A stretch of DNA of 64,000 nt from an uncultured delta proteobacterium (GCA_963745835.1 CAVUZH010000003.1:544001-608000), one strand, 5' to 3'. Positions 39,895 through 50,609 are shown, counted from the stretch's first letter. The notes: a model not told the origin generated them from the sequence alone. Made by a program: numbers and translations.

Positions 39895-40373
39895 TTCATC
39901 GAGCAGATTTAAGCTAGGCTCTATTCACCGTCAGCAGTCCCAATCATCAGCCGCCAAATTCCCTTGGGAACGGCAAAAGAGTGGAGTATAAGTTCTTGCC
40001 GGATCACGGGTCCGGGTCGGGGTAGCAGCTTGATGGCGGAATTCGATAGAAACGGGCTAGAAGTTCGTCTCGGCGATGGGCTGGCGATCATGCCGAGCGC
40101 TGCCAACCAAAAGGCGGTGAAGCACGTTCTGGCAAAACGCCTCAAGCTCACGGCTCCTGAAAGTGTTCAGGTCATCTACGATGCGACGGTGCAAATGCAC
40201 GCGAAGACTAAAGTTCCCAATGCGCCGGTGGGAGGAATTCAAAATATGATCGATGCTTTGCACCGGGTAAATCCGCGTCTTGCGAAGTCAAGGCAGTGGA
40301 TCTGGTCGATAATTCTTTCGTGGGGCGATTTGAAAAGTCCGGTTACGTCCCTGAATCGATGAAGAAAAATTGA
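39895..40373 (+). pseudogene. Internally deleted, frameshifted NitT/TauT SBP remnant
   Basis: N-terminal-like IPL..AKE; C-terminal KHVLAKRLKL...GIQNMID...NPR; shifted-frame DLVDNSFV...EKSGY. Confidence 0.65.
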
Positions 40374-40470
40374 CGAGCCGCACAAACAGCGCGAAGTATC
40401 GATATTGAATGAACGAGATCGTCTCTGGCGGCCGCCCTTCGGTTACCGCCTCGTGAAATAAAACCCGCTC

Positions 40471-41859
40471 ATGGAGCTGAAACAATCTTTTGATGTCCTG
40501 GTGGTTGGTGGCGGCAACGCGGGATTGTGCGCGGCAATTAGCGCGCGCCGCGCGGGCACACGGGTTCTGCTGCTCGAAGCCGCCACGAAGGACTTTCGCG
40601 GCGGCAACAGTCGCCATACGCGTGACATCCGCTATATGCATCCAGCAGCAACGGATTACGTGACCGGCGCTTATCGCGACGCGGAGTTCTGGAATGATCT
40701 GCAGCAGGTCACCGGCGGCGAGACAAACGAGCGTCTTGCTCGTCGGACTATTCTGGGATCAGAGGACCTTGGCGAGTGGATGGCCTCAAATGGTGTGCGC
40801 TGGCAAAAGCCGCTGCGCGGGACTCTGCATCTGGCTAAAAGCAATCTCTTCATGCTCGGCGGCGGTAAGGCAATGATGAACGCCTATTACCAAACGGCCG
40901 CCAAGCTCGGCATCGAGATCGCGTACGAATCGCAAGTCGATGAGCTGAACATACGCGGCGATGAGTTTCTGTCCGCGCGATTAAACAATGCCTCTCAAGA
41001 AATCGTCGCGAAGGCGCTGGTGGTTGCGTCGGGCGGTTTTGAAGCGAACATCCCGTGGTTGAGGGAGTACTGGGGCGAAGCCGCGGACAACTTCATCATC
41101 CGTGGCACCCGGCACAACCAGGGACGAATGTTAAAAGAGCTCCTCGAGAACGGCGGCAAGCCGGTGGGCAATCCGCGCGGCTGCCATGCGGTCGCGCTCG
41201 ATGCGCGGGCGCCCAAGTTCGACGGCGGGATCGTTACCCGTTTAGACAGCGTGCCCTTCGGCATTGTCGTCAATAAAGAGATCAAGCGTTTCTACGATGA
41301 GGGTGAAGACTTTTGGCCCAAGCGCTACGCGATCTGGGGTGGTCTCATTGCCCGGCAACCCGATCAAATTGCTTATTCAATCGTCGATGCCAAAGCGTTG
41401 CCGCATTTCATGCCCTCGGTCTTTCCACCGGTGGAGGCGAGATCCATCGGCGAGCTAGCCGGCGCCCTGGGTCTTGATTCAAGCGCATTGAACACGGCGG
41501 TCCGCGACTTCAACCAAGCTGTGCGGCCGGGTGCATTCGATCCCGGCAGCTTGGACAGTTGTCGTACCGAAGGACTCGATCCGCCGAAGAGCCATTGGGC
41601 GAGAGCCATCGACACTCCGCCGTTCTACGGCTATCCGCTGCGGCCGGGCATCACCTTTACCTACCTGGGCATCACGGTAAACGAGCAGGCGCGCGTCATC
41701 ATGCAGGATGACACGCCGTCGAAGAACATTTTTGCAGCGGGAGAAGTGATGGCGGGTAATATCCTGGGCAAAGGCTATCTCGCGGGATTTGGCTTAACCA
41801 TCGGTTCGGTCTTTGGCAGAATTGCCGGAGCGGAGGCGGCGCGTCATGTCGGTACCTGA
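40471..41859 (+). CDS. tcuA: FAD-dependent tricarballylate dehydrogenase TcuA
   Basis: GGGNAGLCAA, RGGNSRHTR, DARAPKFDGGIVTRLD, EDFWPKRYAIWG. Confidence 0.93.
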   Translation: MELKQSFDVLVVGGGNAGLCAAISARRAGTRVLLLEAATKDFRGGNSRHTRDIRYMHPAATDYVTGAYRDAEFWNDLQQVTGGETNERLARRTILGSEDLGEWMASNGVRWQKPLRGTLHLAKSNLFMLGGGKAMMNAYYQTAAKLGIEIAYESQVDELNIRGDEFLSARLNNASQEIVAKALVVASGGFEANIPWLREYWGEAADNFIIRGTRHNQGRMLKELLENGGKPVGNPRGCHAVALDARAPKFDGGIVTRLDSVPFGIVVNKEIKRFYDEGEDFWPKRYAIWGGLIARQPDQIAYSIVDAKALPHFMPSVFPPVEARSIGELAGALGLDSSALNTAVRDFNQAVRPGAFDPGSLDSCRTEGLDPPKSHWARAIDTPPFYGYPLRPGITFTYLGITVNEQARVIMQDDTPSKNIFAAGEVMAGNILGKGYLAGFGLTIGSVFGRIAGAEAARHVGT

Positions 41860-42943
41860 CCTGATCAAAGACGGCGAGCGGCAGATGATGATCTGCAATG
41901 CCTGCCGCTACTGCGAGGGCTACTGCGCGGTTTTTCCGGCAATGGAGCAGCGCCGCATGTTCACAAAAGCCGATCTTGTGTACCTCGCGAACCTCTGCTT
42001 CGATTGTCGCGACTGCTATTACGCTTGCCAATACGCGCCGCCGCACGAATTCGGCGTCAATATCCCAAAGCTCATGGCTGAGCTGCGCACCGACACCTAC
42101 CGCGAGTATAGTTGGCCGGCGATTCTATCGGTTTTATTAAAGCGCAACGGATTAGCTGTGAGCCTGATCACCGGCGGCGCGACCCTTCTTATCTTCATCC
42201 TGGTTCTGCTGTTCATAGGACCTGATGTTTTGACGGCCACTCACCTGGGCGAGGGCAGCTTCTACCGGGTGGTGCCGTACGTTGCGATGACCATGCCCGC
42301 GGTTCTGATTGCGCTCTACGGTCTGGTAGTTTTTACCATGGGCGCGATTCGCTTTTGGCGCGAGACCGGCGCCGGCGTTTCCGACGTGATCAATTTTGCC
42401 GCCTTGTGGCGCGCTACCCGCGACGCATTCGGTCTCGCATACATGAAGGGCGGTGGTGCGGGATGTAATTATCCGAACGAGAACTTTTCGCATTCGCGGC
42501 GGCTGTTCCATCACATGGTGTTCTTCGGCTTCCTGTTGGATCTAGCCGCGACCAGCGTAGCGGCCTTTTATGATCATTTCTTGGGGTGGCAAGCACCGTA
42601 TCCTGTGCTGAGCTGGCCGGTCGTTCTGGGAACGTTAGGTGGCATCGGCTTGCTGATTGGCCCCGTCGGAATGCTGTATCTAAAATGGAAGAGCGATCGC
42701 GATCCATCGGACCGAAACATGGTGACCATGGACGTAGCTTTTCTGGTGTTGCTGTTTTTAACCAGTTTGACTGGAATGCTACTGCTGATTTTTCGCGATA
42801 CCTCGGCTATGGGAATGCTGCTGGTCGTTCATCTGGGAATGGTCGCCGGTTTTTTCCTCACCGCGCCTTACGGCAAGTTTGCCCACGTCGTCTACCGCTA
42901 CGCGGCGCTGGTTCGCTACTCCATCGAGCAGCAGCGAAACTAG
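41846..42943 (+). CDS. tcuB: Tricarballylate utilization 4Fe-4S membrane protein TcuB
   Basis: ICNACRYCEGYCAVFPA, LANLC..C..CYYACQYAPPHEF, PYGKFAH. Confidence 0.93.
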   Translation: MSVPDLIKDGERQMMICNACRYCEGYCAVFPAMEQRRMFTKADLVYLANLCFDCRDCYYACQYAPPHEFGVNIPKLMAELRTDTYREYSWPAILSVLLKRNGLAVSLITGGATLLIFILVLLFIGPDVLTATHLGEGSFYRVVPYVAMTMPAVLIALYGLVVFTMGAIRFWRETGAGVSDVINFAALWRATRDAFGLAYMKGGGAGCNYPNENFSHSRRLFHHMVFFGFLLDLAATSVAAFYDHFLGWQAPYPVLSWPVVLGTLGGIGLLIGPVGMLYLKWKSDRDPSDRNMVTMDVAFLVLLFLTSLTGMLLLIFRDTSAMGMLLVVHLGMVAGFFLTAPYGKFAHVVYRYAALVRYSIEQQRN

Positions 42944-43240
42944 GGGTGATTTAACCACTTTGCTTTTTACCAGCTCCTCCCTTCTGCCTCTCACGAAAGC
43001 GTGTGCAACCACAGTTCTGGCGCATGGTTGTTTGACGCTTTTGCCTGGAGCGATAATGAACCAGGTCGGTTGTTGGGAGTGAAGATTTTTCCATTCCGCA
43101 CCTGTCGAAATCGAAGGGCGCGCCGAACTGATACGGGTTTGCTAGAATTTGCTCGACAGCTAAGCGGCAATTTAGATATGTAGTATTAACTGAATTCACT
43201 ACATCCGCATCAAAATGGCAGCGGCTTTTGGGAGGTGACT

Positions 43241-44293
43241 ATGCATCGCGCGGATAGAAGGAAGATTCGGTACACGCTGACCGCCCTCGCATTTAGCAAC
43301 GTGTTTCTCGCGGCGCCCGTGCTTTCACAGACGCCGTACTATGCCGGCAAGACGATTGCGATTATCCGCGGCGGAGGCCCAGGTGGTTCGGGTGAGTTTC
43401 AGTCGCGGGCTCTGATGCCGTATCTGCAGAAATATATTCCAGGAAATCCGACGATCGTGATGGAGTACATGCCGGGCGCGGGTGGAAGGAAGGCGGCGAA
43501 TTATTTCTATACCGCCAAACCCGATGGTCTAAAGATCGCGTCCGCCGGCGCGATGATTCCCGGGCCTATTTTAGGCCTGCCGGGCAGCAATTATGATATC
43601 GACAAATTTCCATACATAGGCTCTACTGAAACCGGCAACCCGTACATTCTATTTACCCGCAAAGCGGCGGGACTGGACACTCTCGAAAAAATGCGGCGCG
43701 CTCCGGCACTGCGCATGGGAGCTCACTCGGTGGGACACTCGGTATATGTGACCGCGCGTATGTTTGCTTATATGCTGGATTTAAAAGAGCCGAAGTTCGT
43801 CGTTGGTTTTACCGATCCTGAGATGGACGTCGCCATGCAGAACAACGAGCTCGACGCTCGAACCACGAGCAATACCGATAGCCTGCTGCGAAAAGACATA
43901 ATGGATAATATTCACGTCCACGCCACCATCAGCAATCCCAAAGGGAGAACCGATCCCCGCCTGCCTGGCCTGCCTGACGTCGACACATTCGCCAAGAACG
44001 ATAAAGAACGAAACGTCATAGAATTGTTCCGCGCCTTCCAAGTGCCGCGCTGGCCGCACCATCTATCGCCCGGAACTCCTCCGGAACTGGTCAAGATACT
44101 GCGGCAAGCGATGATCAAAACCTTCAACGATTCGGCATTCCAGCAGGAATTCAAGAAACTGATGGGACGAGAACCGACGCCGCTCACCGGAGAGGATGTT
44201 CAGAAGCTGGTAAAAGAGTTACCGCGCGACCCGGAAGTCATTGGGCTTTATAAAAAGTTAGCCGAGCATGAGCCGCTGCCGCCGCGCGGATAG
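43241..44293 (+). CDS. Bug/TctC tripartite tricarboxylate transporter substrate-binding protein
   Basis: YYAGKTI, IPGNP.I...MPGAGG, KPDGL, PGTP. Confidence 0.88.
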   Translation: MHRADRRKIRYTLTALAFSNVFLAAPVLSQTPYYAGKTIAIIRGGGPGGSGEFQSRALMPYLQKYIPGNPTIVMEYMPGAGGRKAANYFYTAKPDGLKIASAGAMIPGPILGLPGSNYDIDKFPYIGSTETGNPYILFTRKAAGLDTLEKMRRAPALRMGAHSVGHSVYVTARMFAYMLDLKEPKFVVGFTDPEMDVAMQNNELDARTTSNTDSLLRKDIMDNIHVHATISNPKGRTDPRLPGLPDVDTFAKNDKERNVIELFRAFQVPRWPHHLSPGTPPELVKILRQAMIKTFNDSAFQQEFKKLMGREPTPLTGEDVQKLVKELPRDPEVIGLYKKLAEHEPLPPRG

Positions 44294-44373
44294 ATTTAAA
44301 ACATTTCATAATTCTCATCGAGGCCTGCTATGCGGCGCTCAGGCCAACTTTGAAACTGCGTACGGAGGGTCAT

Positions 44374-45402
44374 GTGAAGAAATTATTTGTATCGCTTTTG
44401 ATTGTGTTCGCTCCTCTTACCGAACTGCATGCCCAAGCGCCTTTCTATCAAGGCAAAACGATTACATTTATCGTTGGCTCCGGCTCAGGCACGGCATATG
44501 ACATCTATTCGCGGCTTCTCGCGGCTTATATCGGAAAGCATCTGCCCGGCAATCCGACTGTCATTGTCCAGAATATGCCTGCGGCAGGCGGATTGGTGGC
44601 CGCCAACTACGTTTACGGTGTAGCGAAGCCTGACGGCCTGACGTTGGTTTCCATCAACCCGGCGCACTACTTCAATCAACTTCAAGGCAACAAGGAAGTC
44701 AAATTCGACTGGCCAAAATTCGCCTGGATCGGCAGCATGGACAAATCGGAGCACATGCTCTACATGCGCAGCGATACGCCTTACAAAACCATGCAAGATG
44801 TCCGCAAGGCAGCGGAACCGCCGAAATGCGGCGCCACGGGAACAGGGACCAGTGGTCACTACATTCCACGGATGCTCGAAGAAACCCTAGGCACTAAGTT
44901 CACGATCGTCACTGGATATGCCGGCGGCAACGAGATTGATCTTGCGACCGAGCGCAATGAAGTCGTCTGCCGCTCATTTACTACTCAGGCCTATTTCCAG
45001 CGCGAGCCTTATCATACCTGGCGCAAGAAAAACTTTGTCCGGATACTTATGCAAACCGGCCGCACGCGCGATCCGCGATTGCCGGATACACCGCTGTTGA
45101 GCGAGTTGATGGACGAAGTCAAAACGCCGGAGCTGGGACGACGAGTCGCGACGGTCATGCTCGGTTCCGGGGAACTCGGCCGGCCGATGGTGACGTCGCC
45201 GGGCACGCCTCCGGATCGTAGTCAATTATTGCGCGATGCTTTTATGAAAAGCATGAGCGATTCGGCATTGCTCGAAGAAGCCAAGCAGAAAAAAATGGAT
45301 ATCACTCCCGTATCCGGAGACGAACTAGCAAAGATCGCTCACGAAGTCATTGATCAGCCGCAGGACGTCGTGGAGCGGATCCGTAAAATACTGGCGCAGT
45401 AG
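44374..45402 (+). CDS. Bug/TctC tripartite tricarboxylate transporter substrate-binding protein
   Basis: FYQGKTI, PGNP.V.VQNMP.AGG, KPDGLT, GY.GG.EI.LA.ER.EV. Confidence 0.9.
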   Translation: MKKLFVSLLIVFAPLTELHAQAPFYQGKTITFIVGSGSGTAYDIYSRLLAAYIGKHLPGNPTVIVQNMPAAGGLVAANYVYGVAKPDGLTLVSINPAHYFNQLQGNKEVKFDWPKFAWIGSMDKSEHMLYMRSDTPYKTMQDVRKAAEPPKCGATGTGTSGHYIPRMLEETLGTKFTIVTGYAGGNEIDLATERNEVVCRSFTTQAYFQREPYHTWRKKNFVRILMQTGRTRDPRLPDTPLLSELMDEVKTPELGRRVATVMLGSGELGRPMVTSPGTPPDRSQLLRDAFMKSMSDSALLEEAKQKKMDITPVSGDELAKIAHEVIDQPQDVVERIRKILAQ

Positions 45403-45520
45403 CGACATGGCGGCGGCGAAGTTAGGTCACTCTAACTGGAATCGCCAGGATCATCTTAGCGAGACGTCAATCCGTTGCTATCTACGAACAGTCGGCCAAA
45501 ATTTTTAAAGGAGAACCGCG

Positions 45521-46648
45521 TTGAAAATAGCTGATATCGAAATTCTCGAGCTGCAAAATATTGCGGTGACTCCGCCGTTGTTCAAGCAGCCGGTGCGCAC
45601 GGCCGTGCGGTTGCTGAAAGTCAAAACCGACGACGGCCGGATCGGTCTCTCCCAACTCGGTGGGTTCATGCACTCGGCCACGGCGGCGTTTATCCGGCAG
45701 GATCTCTTGCCGTTTTTAAAGGGCAAGGATCCGCTGGAGAACGAGCGCTTGATGCATCAGATGCTCTGGAAATTCAACACGCGCGCCCATGCCGGGGTGT
45801 GGAATTTTGCCGCCAGCGCGATTGATGTCGCGCTCTGGGATATAAAAGGGAAGTTTTACAACGCTCCCGTCTGGCGTCTGTTGGGCGGCGCGCAAAAAGC
45901 CATTCCGTCCTATATCACCTTCGGATTGCGCGCTTATAGTCGCGACGAGCTCGCCGAGGCGGCCAAGCACTGGGTTGCCAACGGACAGAGCCGACTCAAG
46001 ATTCAAGTCGGCCGCTCGAATATTCGTGGCGAGATGGATCCATCCGGCGCCAGCGGCGAGCATCGCGAAGACAATCCGGCCGAAGATGAGTCTCGCATCA
46101 GAGCGGTGCGCGAAGCGGTAGGCGATGATGTTGAATTGATGGCCGATGCCAACTGTTTGATGAAATACGATGCCGCGGTGCGATGGTGCAAACGTTTCGA
46201 GCCTTATAATCTCATGTGGTTCGAAGAACCGATCATCCACAACGACCCACACTTATTAGCCGAGCTGCGCAAACAAACGTCAATTCCTATCGCAGCCGGT
46301 CAGTGGGACAATTTTTTCAAGCTTGCCGATCTGGTAAAGCAGAATTCTGTCGACTTCTTAAACATCCACGTGCTTTCCGTAGGTGGCTTTACCATGGGCA
46401 TGAAAGCGGCGGGACTGGCGCACGCGTTCAATTTGCCGGTTGGAAATGGCGATCATTTCGATATTCACCTGCACGCTGCTGTTCCCAACGGCTGGCGCGC
46501 CGAGATTCACGTAAATAATTGGCTGACGGCAAATGTCGTCTATAAGGACCTGCCGGCGCCAGTCAAAGGATGGATAACTCTGACGGAAAAGCCGGGGCTC
46601 GGACTGGAGCTTAATGATGACGCGATCAAAGAGTTCCAGGTTCGGTAA
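45521..46648 (+). CDS. Mandelate racemase/muconate lactonizing (enolase superfamily) enzyme
   Basis: SAIDVALWDIKGK, MADAN, WFEEP, IPIAAG, PGLG.E. Confidence 0.92.
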   Translation: MKIADIEILELQNIAVTPPLFKQPVRTAVRLLKVKTDDGRIGLSQLGGFMHSATAAFIRQDLLPFLKGKDPLENERLMHQMLWKFNTRAHAGVWNFAASAIDVALWDIKGKFYNAPVWRLLGGAQKAIPSYITFGLRAYSRDELAEAAKHWVANGQSRLKIQVGRSNIRGEMDPSGASGEHREDNPAEDESRIRAVREAVGDDVELMADANCLMKYDAAVRWCKRFEPYNLMWFEEPIIHNDPHLLAELRKQTSIPIAAGQWDNFFKLADLVKQNSVDFLNIHVLSVGGFTMGMKAAGLAHAFNLPVGNGDHFDIHLHAAVPNGWRAEIHVNNWLTANVVYKDLPAPVKGWITLTEKPGLGLELNDDAIKEFQVR

Positions 46649-46920
46649 AGCGGGAGTTCGCGTGAAGTACGAGTTTTGGAGGGGTCATAAAGCAGCGGAT
46701 GATTATCGGTTTGCTTGTTTTGCTCACCTGTCCCTATTACCTCGGTTCTGTCGCCCTCCTGGGGAAGAATTAGAAGAGCTGATCAAGAAAGTGATGGAAG
46801 CCCAAAGAAGTCCTCGATTAGAGTTAAAAAGATGCTCAGTAACTGACTTGCGCCCTGAGCGCGCGGGAAGACTGCAAAGCTGTTGTTCACGAAACGTGCG
46901 TGAACACTGTCCATGAAACC

Positions 46921-48570
46921 TTAACTCCTGGCTTCTTTGTTCGCACGGTCCGTGGCCGGTTGTCGTGAAGAAACTCCGGCTGAAATGATTTCTTTTGCCT
47001 CTTGACGAGCCTGCTTCAGGGCGAGCCGTAGATTTTTCTGTTGTTCGAACCAAAACTTTGAAAAGGCTGCGCTCATCCGCTTATCAGTTATCTTCATCAG
47101 CAGGTAAGCCACGAGAAGACCGTCGGTTATCCAGGCTACCCGGATGATGTTACCTGAAAAGTTTTGTCCGACCGCATAGAGCGTGGCGAACGGTGAAGCT
47201 ACCAGATTGACTAGGAAGAGAGCTAGCCCCTTGGTGATTGACCATATGCCGATCCCCGAAGGGTCATCAAGCGCCCCGGAGGCGGCGATCAACGCGGCCA
47301 CGCAGGACAACAAGTAAATATAATAAGAGAGCCGGCCGACGCTGATGGTGCCGCGGACACAATTCAACAAGGAGCTTTGGGTGTTTGCGTGGGCAGATTT
47401 CAATACCATTTCTGCTGCGAGTGCCCGGGTCATCGCGGTCGCGTCTTCTTCCTGGTCACCGGTTGGCGTGATAACAATCCTCGCATCGGGTGGCAGATTT
47501 CCCGGACTGTAGTCCTCCGTTCCGTGCGCAATCCGTTCCATCACGCTAAGATGGATTGCCGGGGTCATTCCATTATCATGACAGAGCTGCCCGATATCGC
47601 GCGGTTTCCAGCGGTAGAAAACGCCTAAGCCGGCGCGGGGATCATAAAGCTTGTCGTCAACGTTGGCGTGATCTCGATAGTATTCGTACTCGTCAGGGAT
47701 AAATCGCAGCCCGGCATTTTGAGCCTTGGTCATCAACCAGTGCATTGCCGTCAGCGACAAGCCCTGCTTCGGATAACCTCCGCCAACATTGGAATGGGCG
47801 CCGGCAAACCACACCTGCTCGATCTTTTGCGATTTGCCCGGGCTGGATGCCCGTTGATCCCAGAGCAGCGGATGGAACGAATGCCGGTCATCGTCAACAG
47901 CCAACGCATGGTAGGCGTGGTCGACCTGCTCGCTTAACCTTTGATTGGGAAACTTGAATCGATAGATCACCGCATTGATGAAATCGCTAATGTGGAAAGG
48001 CATTCCGACCGCATCGACGGTGTCCCATACGCCGATGAAGTGAATCTTGGTTTGCTGCGGGTGGCAGTATTTGATTCTAAATTCGTCGGTCGCGGCAGCG
48101 CTAGCGTCGCCGCGCAGCAGTCGCATCAAAGCTGTTCGGTAACAACTGCGGTAAGCCTTGTAGGCTCTATTCACGCAACCGTCGAAAGCTTCCGCGGTAG
48201 GTTGCTTCTGTGCATCGATAATACCGCATCGGACGATGAGCCCCACGAGGCTACGGACCGTGAAAGCGCCGCGGCTAAAGCCGAACAAGAATATTTTATC
48301 GCCAGGATCATAGATACGGCATAGCTCCTTATACAGTTGTTTGACATTTCGGCTTAAACCCCACCCGGTTATTCCGGCAAAAATTTTGAGCGGTCTGAAA
48401 TCTTCCGTGCCGACGCCATCGTCGTAGATCGGCACCTGCGGATCCAGCTTCGGGTTAAGTCGGTGGCCATTGAGATCAATAGACTCAAAGATCTTGAATA
48501 CATTCGTGCCACGGTCCTTAACGGCAGAGTTTCCAGTTCCGTCCGAGCAGATCACAATGTTCTTCGCCAT
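46921..48570 (-). CDS. DUF2235 (Tle1-like alpha/beta hydrolase) with C-terminal membrane segments
   Basis: ICSDGTGN, YDDGVGT, GFSRGA, GVWDTV, WFAGAHSNVGGG. Confidence 0.92.
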   Translation of the reverse strand: MAKNIVICSDGTGNSAVKDRGTNVFKIFESIDLNGHRLNPKLDPQVPIYDDGVGTEDFRPLKIFAGITGWGLSRNVKQLYKELCRIYDPGDKIFLFGFSRGAFTVRSLVGLIVRCGIIDAQKQPTAEAFDGCVNRAYKAYRSCYRTALMRLLRGDASAAATDEFRIKYCHPQQTKIHFIGVWDTVDAVGMPFHISDFINAVIYRFKFPNQRLSEQVDHAYHALAVDDDRHSFHPLLWDQRASSPGKSQKIEQVWFAGAHSNVGGGYPKQGLSLTAMHWLMTKAQNAGLRFIPDEYEYYRDHANVDDKLYDPRAGLGVFYRWKPRDIGQLCHDNGMTPAIHLSVMERIAHGTEDYSPGNLPPDARIVITPTGDQEEDATAMTRALAAEMVLKSAHANTQSSLLNCVRGTISVGRLSYYIYLLSCVAALIAASGALDDPSGIGIWSITKGLALFLVNLVASPFATLYAVGQNFSGNIIRVAWITDGLLVAYLLMKITDKRMSAAFSKFWFEQQKNLRLALKQARQEAKEIISAGVSSRQPATDRANKEARS

Positions 48571-48674
48571 CGGTTCTCCGTGGATAAAACCCGTGGTAGG
48601 CAAAATCTCGTGCGATGTACCAGCAGCTTCGGCCTCAAGAGTAATCGACTAGAGATAAGCGGGTCAAGAATATT

Positions 48675-48892
48675 TAGCCCTAATCCGACAATAGTTGAGC
48701 GCTTTCAGCAGTGAGCGAGGACGGCAAGACTGCAAGCCGTGGGCAGTCGAGCACGCAGTTGACTCTGAGGTCCCGACGTACCAAATATCACATTCAGGGG
48801 AATGCGGGGTGGCCTTTAAGGCACTGTCCCATTGCCCACGGCTGTAGGGCTCGCCGGCCTTGCGGAATTCAAATAATGTCGGATTAGGGTTA
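48675..48892. mobile_element. MITE family B, about 218 bp with 24-bp terminal inverted repeats
   Basis: tagccctaatccgacaatagttga vs revcomp of right end taaccctaatccgacattatttga (21/24); internal IR agccgtgggca/tgcccacggct. Confidence 0.75.
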
Positions 48893-49129
48893 GTTGCCGG
48901 GGTGAGCGCAGTGTTGTGCGTCCGGCCTGAGAGGAGTCGTGTTAGGCGGAGCCGGAATGGTTTTATGCTGGAGTGAGAGGAGGGGAGACGGTACCCCCGA
49001 TGTAAGCTAAGAGGAGGTCTCTCTTTGATGCGGACACGTTTGTGTACTCAATTCAAAAGAATTTCTGGCACGATGTGTTGCTTCGCACCATGTCATATAT
49101 CCATGACCCATGACAGGCTGGATTTAACG

Positions 49130-49411
49130 TTAAAAAACCGAGTCTTTCTTGAGATGCTTTCGACTTACGTCACCACCCCTTTCGATTAATGTCGATGGAT
49201 GATCAGATCCGCGCTCGTCGATCCATTTTTTGGCGACTTGGAGCGCATAATCTTCAGCCTCTTTTCTTGTCGGAAACGTCTGGTTTATTTTTAAACTTTG
49301 GGAGAGACTAAGGGCTTTCGTACTGATTCGATATTCCGGTCTAAATCCGTCCGGGTTAAGATTGGCCCAGCTCGTGATTACAATATTATAAGATTTATAT
49401 TTTTGTTGCAT
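49130..49411 (-). CDS. Small hypothetical protein
   Basis: 93-aa ORF, AAGGAA upstream, TFPTRKEAEDYALQVAKKWID helix. Confidence 0.65.
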   Translation of the reverse strand: MQQKYKSYNIVITSWANLNPDGFRPEYRISTKALSLSQSLKINQTFPTRKEAEDYALQVAKKWIDERGSDHPSTLIERGGDVSRKHLKKDSVF

Positions 49412-49602
49412 TTTCGTGTTCCTTCCCGATGAAGATCGTTTATGCCTTCAAGCTGCGGGAGGTATATACGTGGTTTGTTGAGGCGGGGCAAGGACTGTAA
49501 AAAGAGAGGCTGTCACAAACATCTTGTTATACCCAAGCAAAGAGTTTCGAATCGAAGGGGTTGGTGAGGTTATTTGAGCTTAAAAGCGTGGACAGCGTCG
49601 TC

Positions 49603-49639
49603 AAAACAAAAGCCGATTACCTGGAGAGGTAATCGGCTT
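49603..49639 (-). terminator. Intrinsic terminator of the ABC permease gene
   Basis: 13-bp stem AAGCCGATTACCT/AGGTAATCGGCTT followed by T-rich tract on minus strand. Confidence 0.85.
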
Positions 49640-49695
49640 GTTGTTGTGCGGTAATCTCTGAAGAACTTCTTCTTAAATGAGGAGCTAAATACTGA

Positions 49696-50547
49696 CTATG
49701 CTGCCGCCCCGACTTTCGGGCGCCACTTTTCGAAGCGAGCCTCCAACTTGGTTAGCAGTTCCATGGAGATCATGCCGGTGATGGCGAAGATCAGCACGCC
49801 GACAAAGACTTTGTCGGTCTGGAAAGTAGCTCCGGCCACGGTGATCATAAAGCCGATGCCGGCGGTAGCGGCATAAAGCTCTCCGACCATGACACCGATC
49901 AAGGCCCTGCCGACTCCGAGCCTCAAGCCGGTAAGAATAAATGGCAAGGTTGACGGTAACACGACACTTCTGAATATCTGCCATTCCGAAGCGCCGAAGC
50001 TCTTTGCGGCGGTAAGCAGGTTATATGGAGTGGTCTTTACCCCGTCACGCGCATTGATCAGGATCGGAAAAACCGCGCCGAGGAAAATGATCCCAACTTT
50101 TGAAAGTATGCCAATTCCAAGCCAGATAATGACTAACGGCAACAGGGCTACCCGCGGCGTGGCGTTCATGGCATTAATAAAAGGATCGAATATGTACGCC
50201 ATCTTTTTGTACCAACCGCAGGCAATCCCGAAGGGAACGCCTACCAACACGGAGAGCACGTATCCCCAGGCGAACTCGATGCCGCTTACTCGGAGATCGT
50301 TCCAGATCTCTCCCGACGCGAACAGTTGCACGGCGGCTTTCCAGATGAGCGAGGGCGCGCTCATGAACATGGGATTGATTAGCTGCAACGTGTTACCAAT
50401 CAATTCCCAGACAGTCAGGAATGTTACTACGGCGGCAGTCCCGAGAATTTTCTTCTCGTTGTTGAGGTAGAACTTATAAGCTCCGGAAGCCTCTGCGACG
50501 CGGACATCTAATAAAACCTCTTCTGCCGCGGGATTATGATCAGCCAT
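49696..50547 (-). CDS. NitT/TauT (SsuC/TauC-like) ABC permease
   Basis: PRVALLPL..IWLGIG, AAKSFGAS, LPS.LPFILTGLRL, GE......GIG; RBS AGGAGG. Confidence 0.93.
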   Translation of the reverse strand: MADHNPAAEEVLLDVRVAEASGAYKFYLNNEKKILGTAAVVTFLTVWELIGNTLQLINPMFMSAPSLIWKAAVQLFASGEIWNDLRVSGIEFAWGYVLSVLVGVPFGIACGWYKKMAYIFDPFINAMNATPRVALLPLVIIWLGIGILSKVGIIFLGAVFPILINARDGVKTTPYNLLTAAKSFGASEWQIFRSVVLPSTLPFILTGLRLGVGRALIGVMVGELYAATAGIGFMITVAGATFQTDKVFVGVLIFAITGMISMELLTKLEARFEKWRPKVGAAA

Positions 50548-50571
50548 TGTTTTTTCCTCCTATCACGAAAT

Positions 50572-50609
50572 AAAAAAGCCAGCCTCTCCCCATCGGGTTA
50601 GAACTGGCC
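50572..50609 (-). terminator. Leader terminator 2 (proximal to the permease)
   Basis: GCCAGTTCT..CCCGATGGG.AGAGGCTGGC-TTTTTTATTT. Confidence 0.85.

Noticed and set aside
49066-49082. Sigma-54 promoter TGGCACGATGTGTTGC
   Set aside because: GG-GC spacing is one base too long and there is no + strand gene downstream
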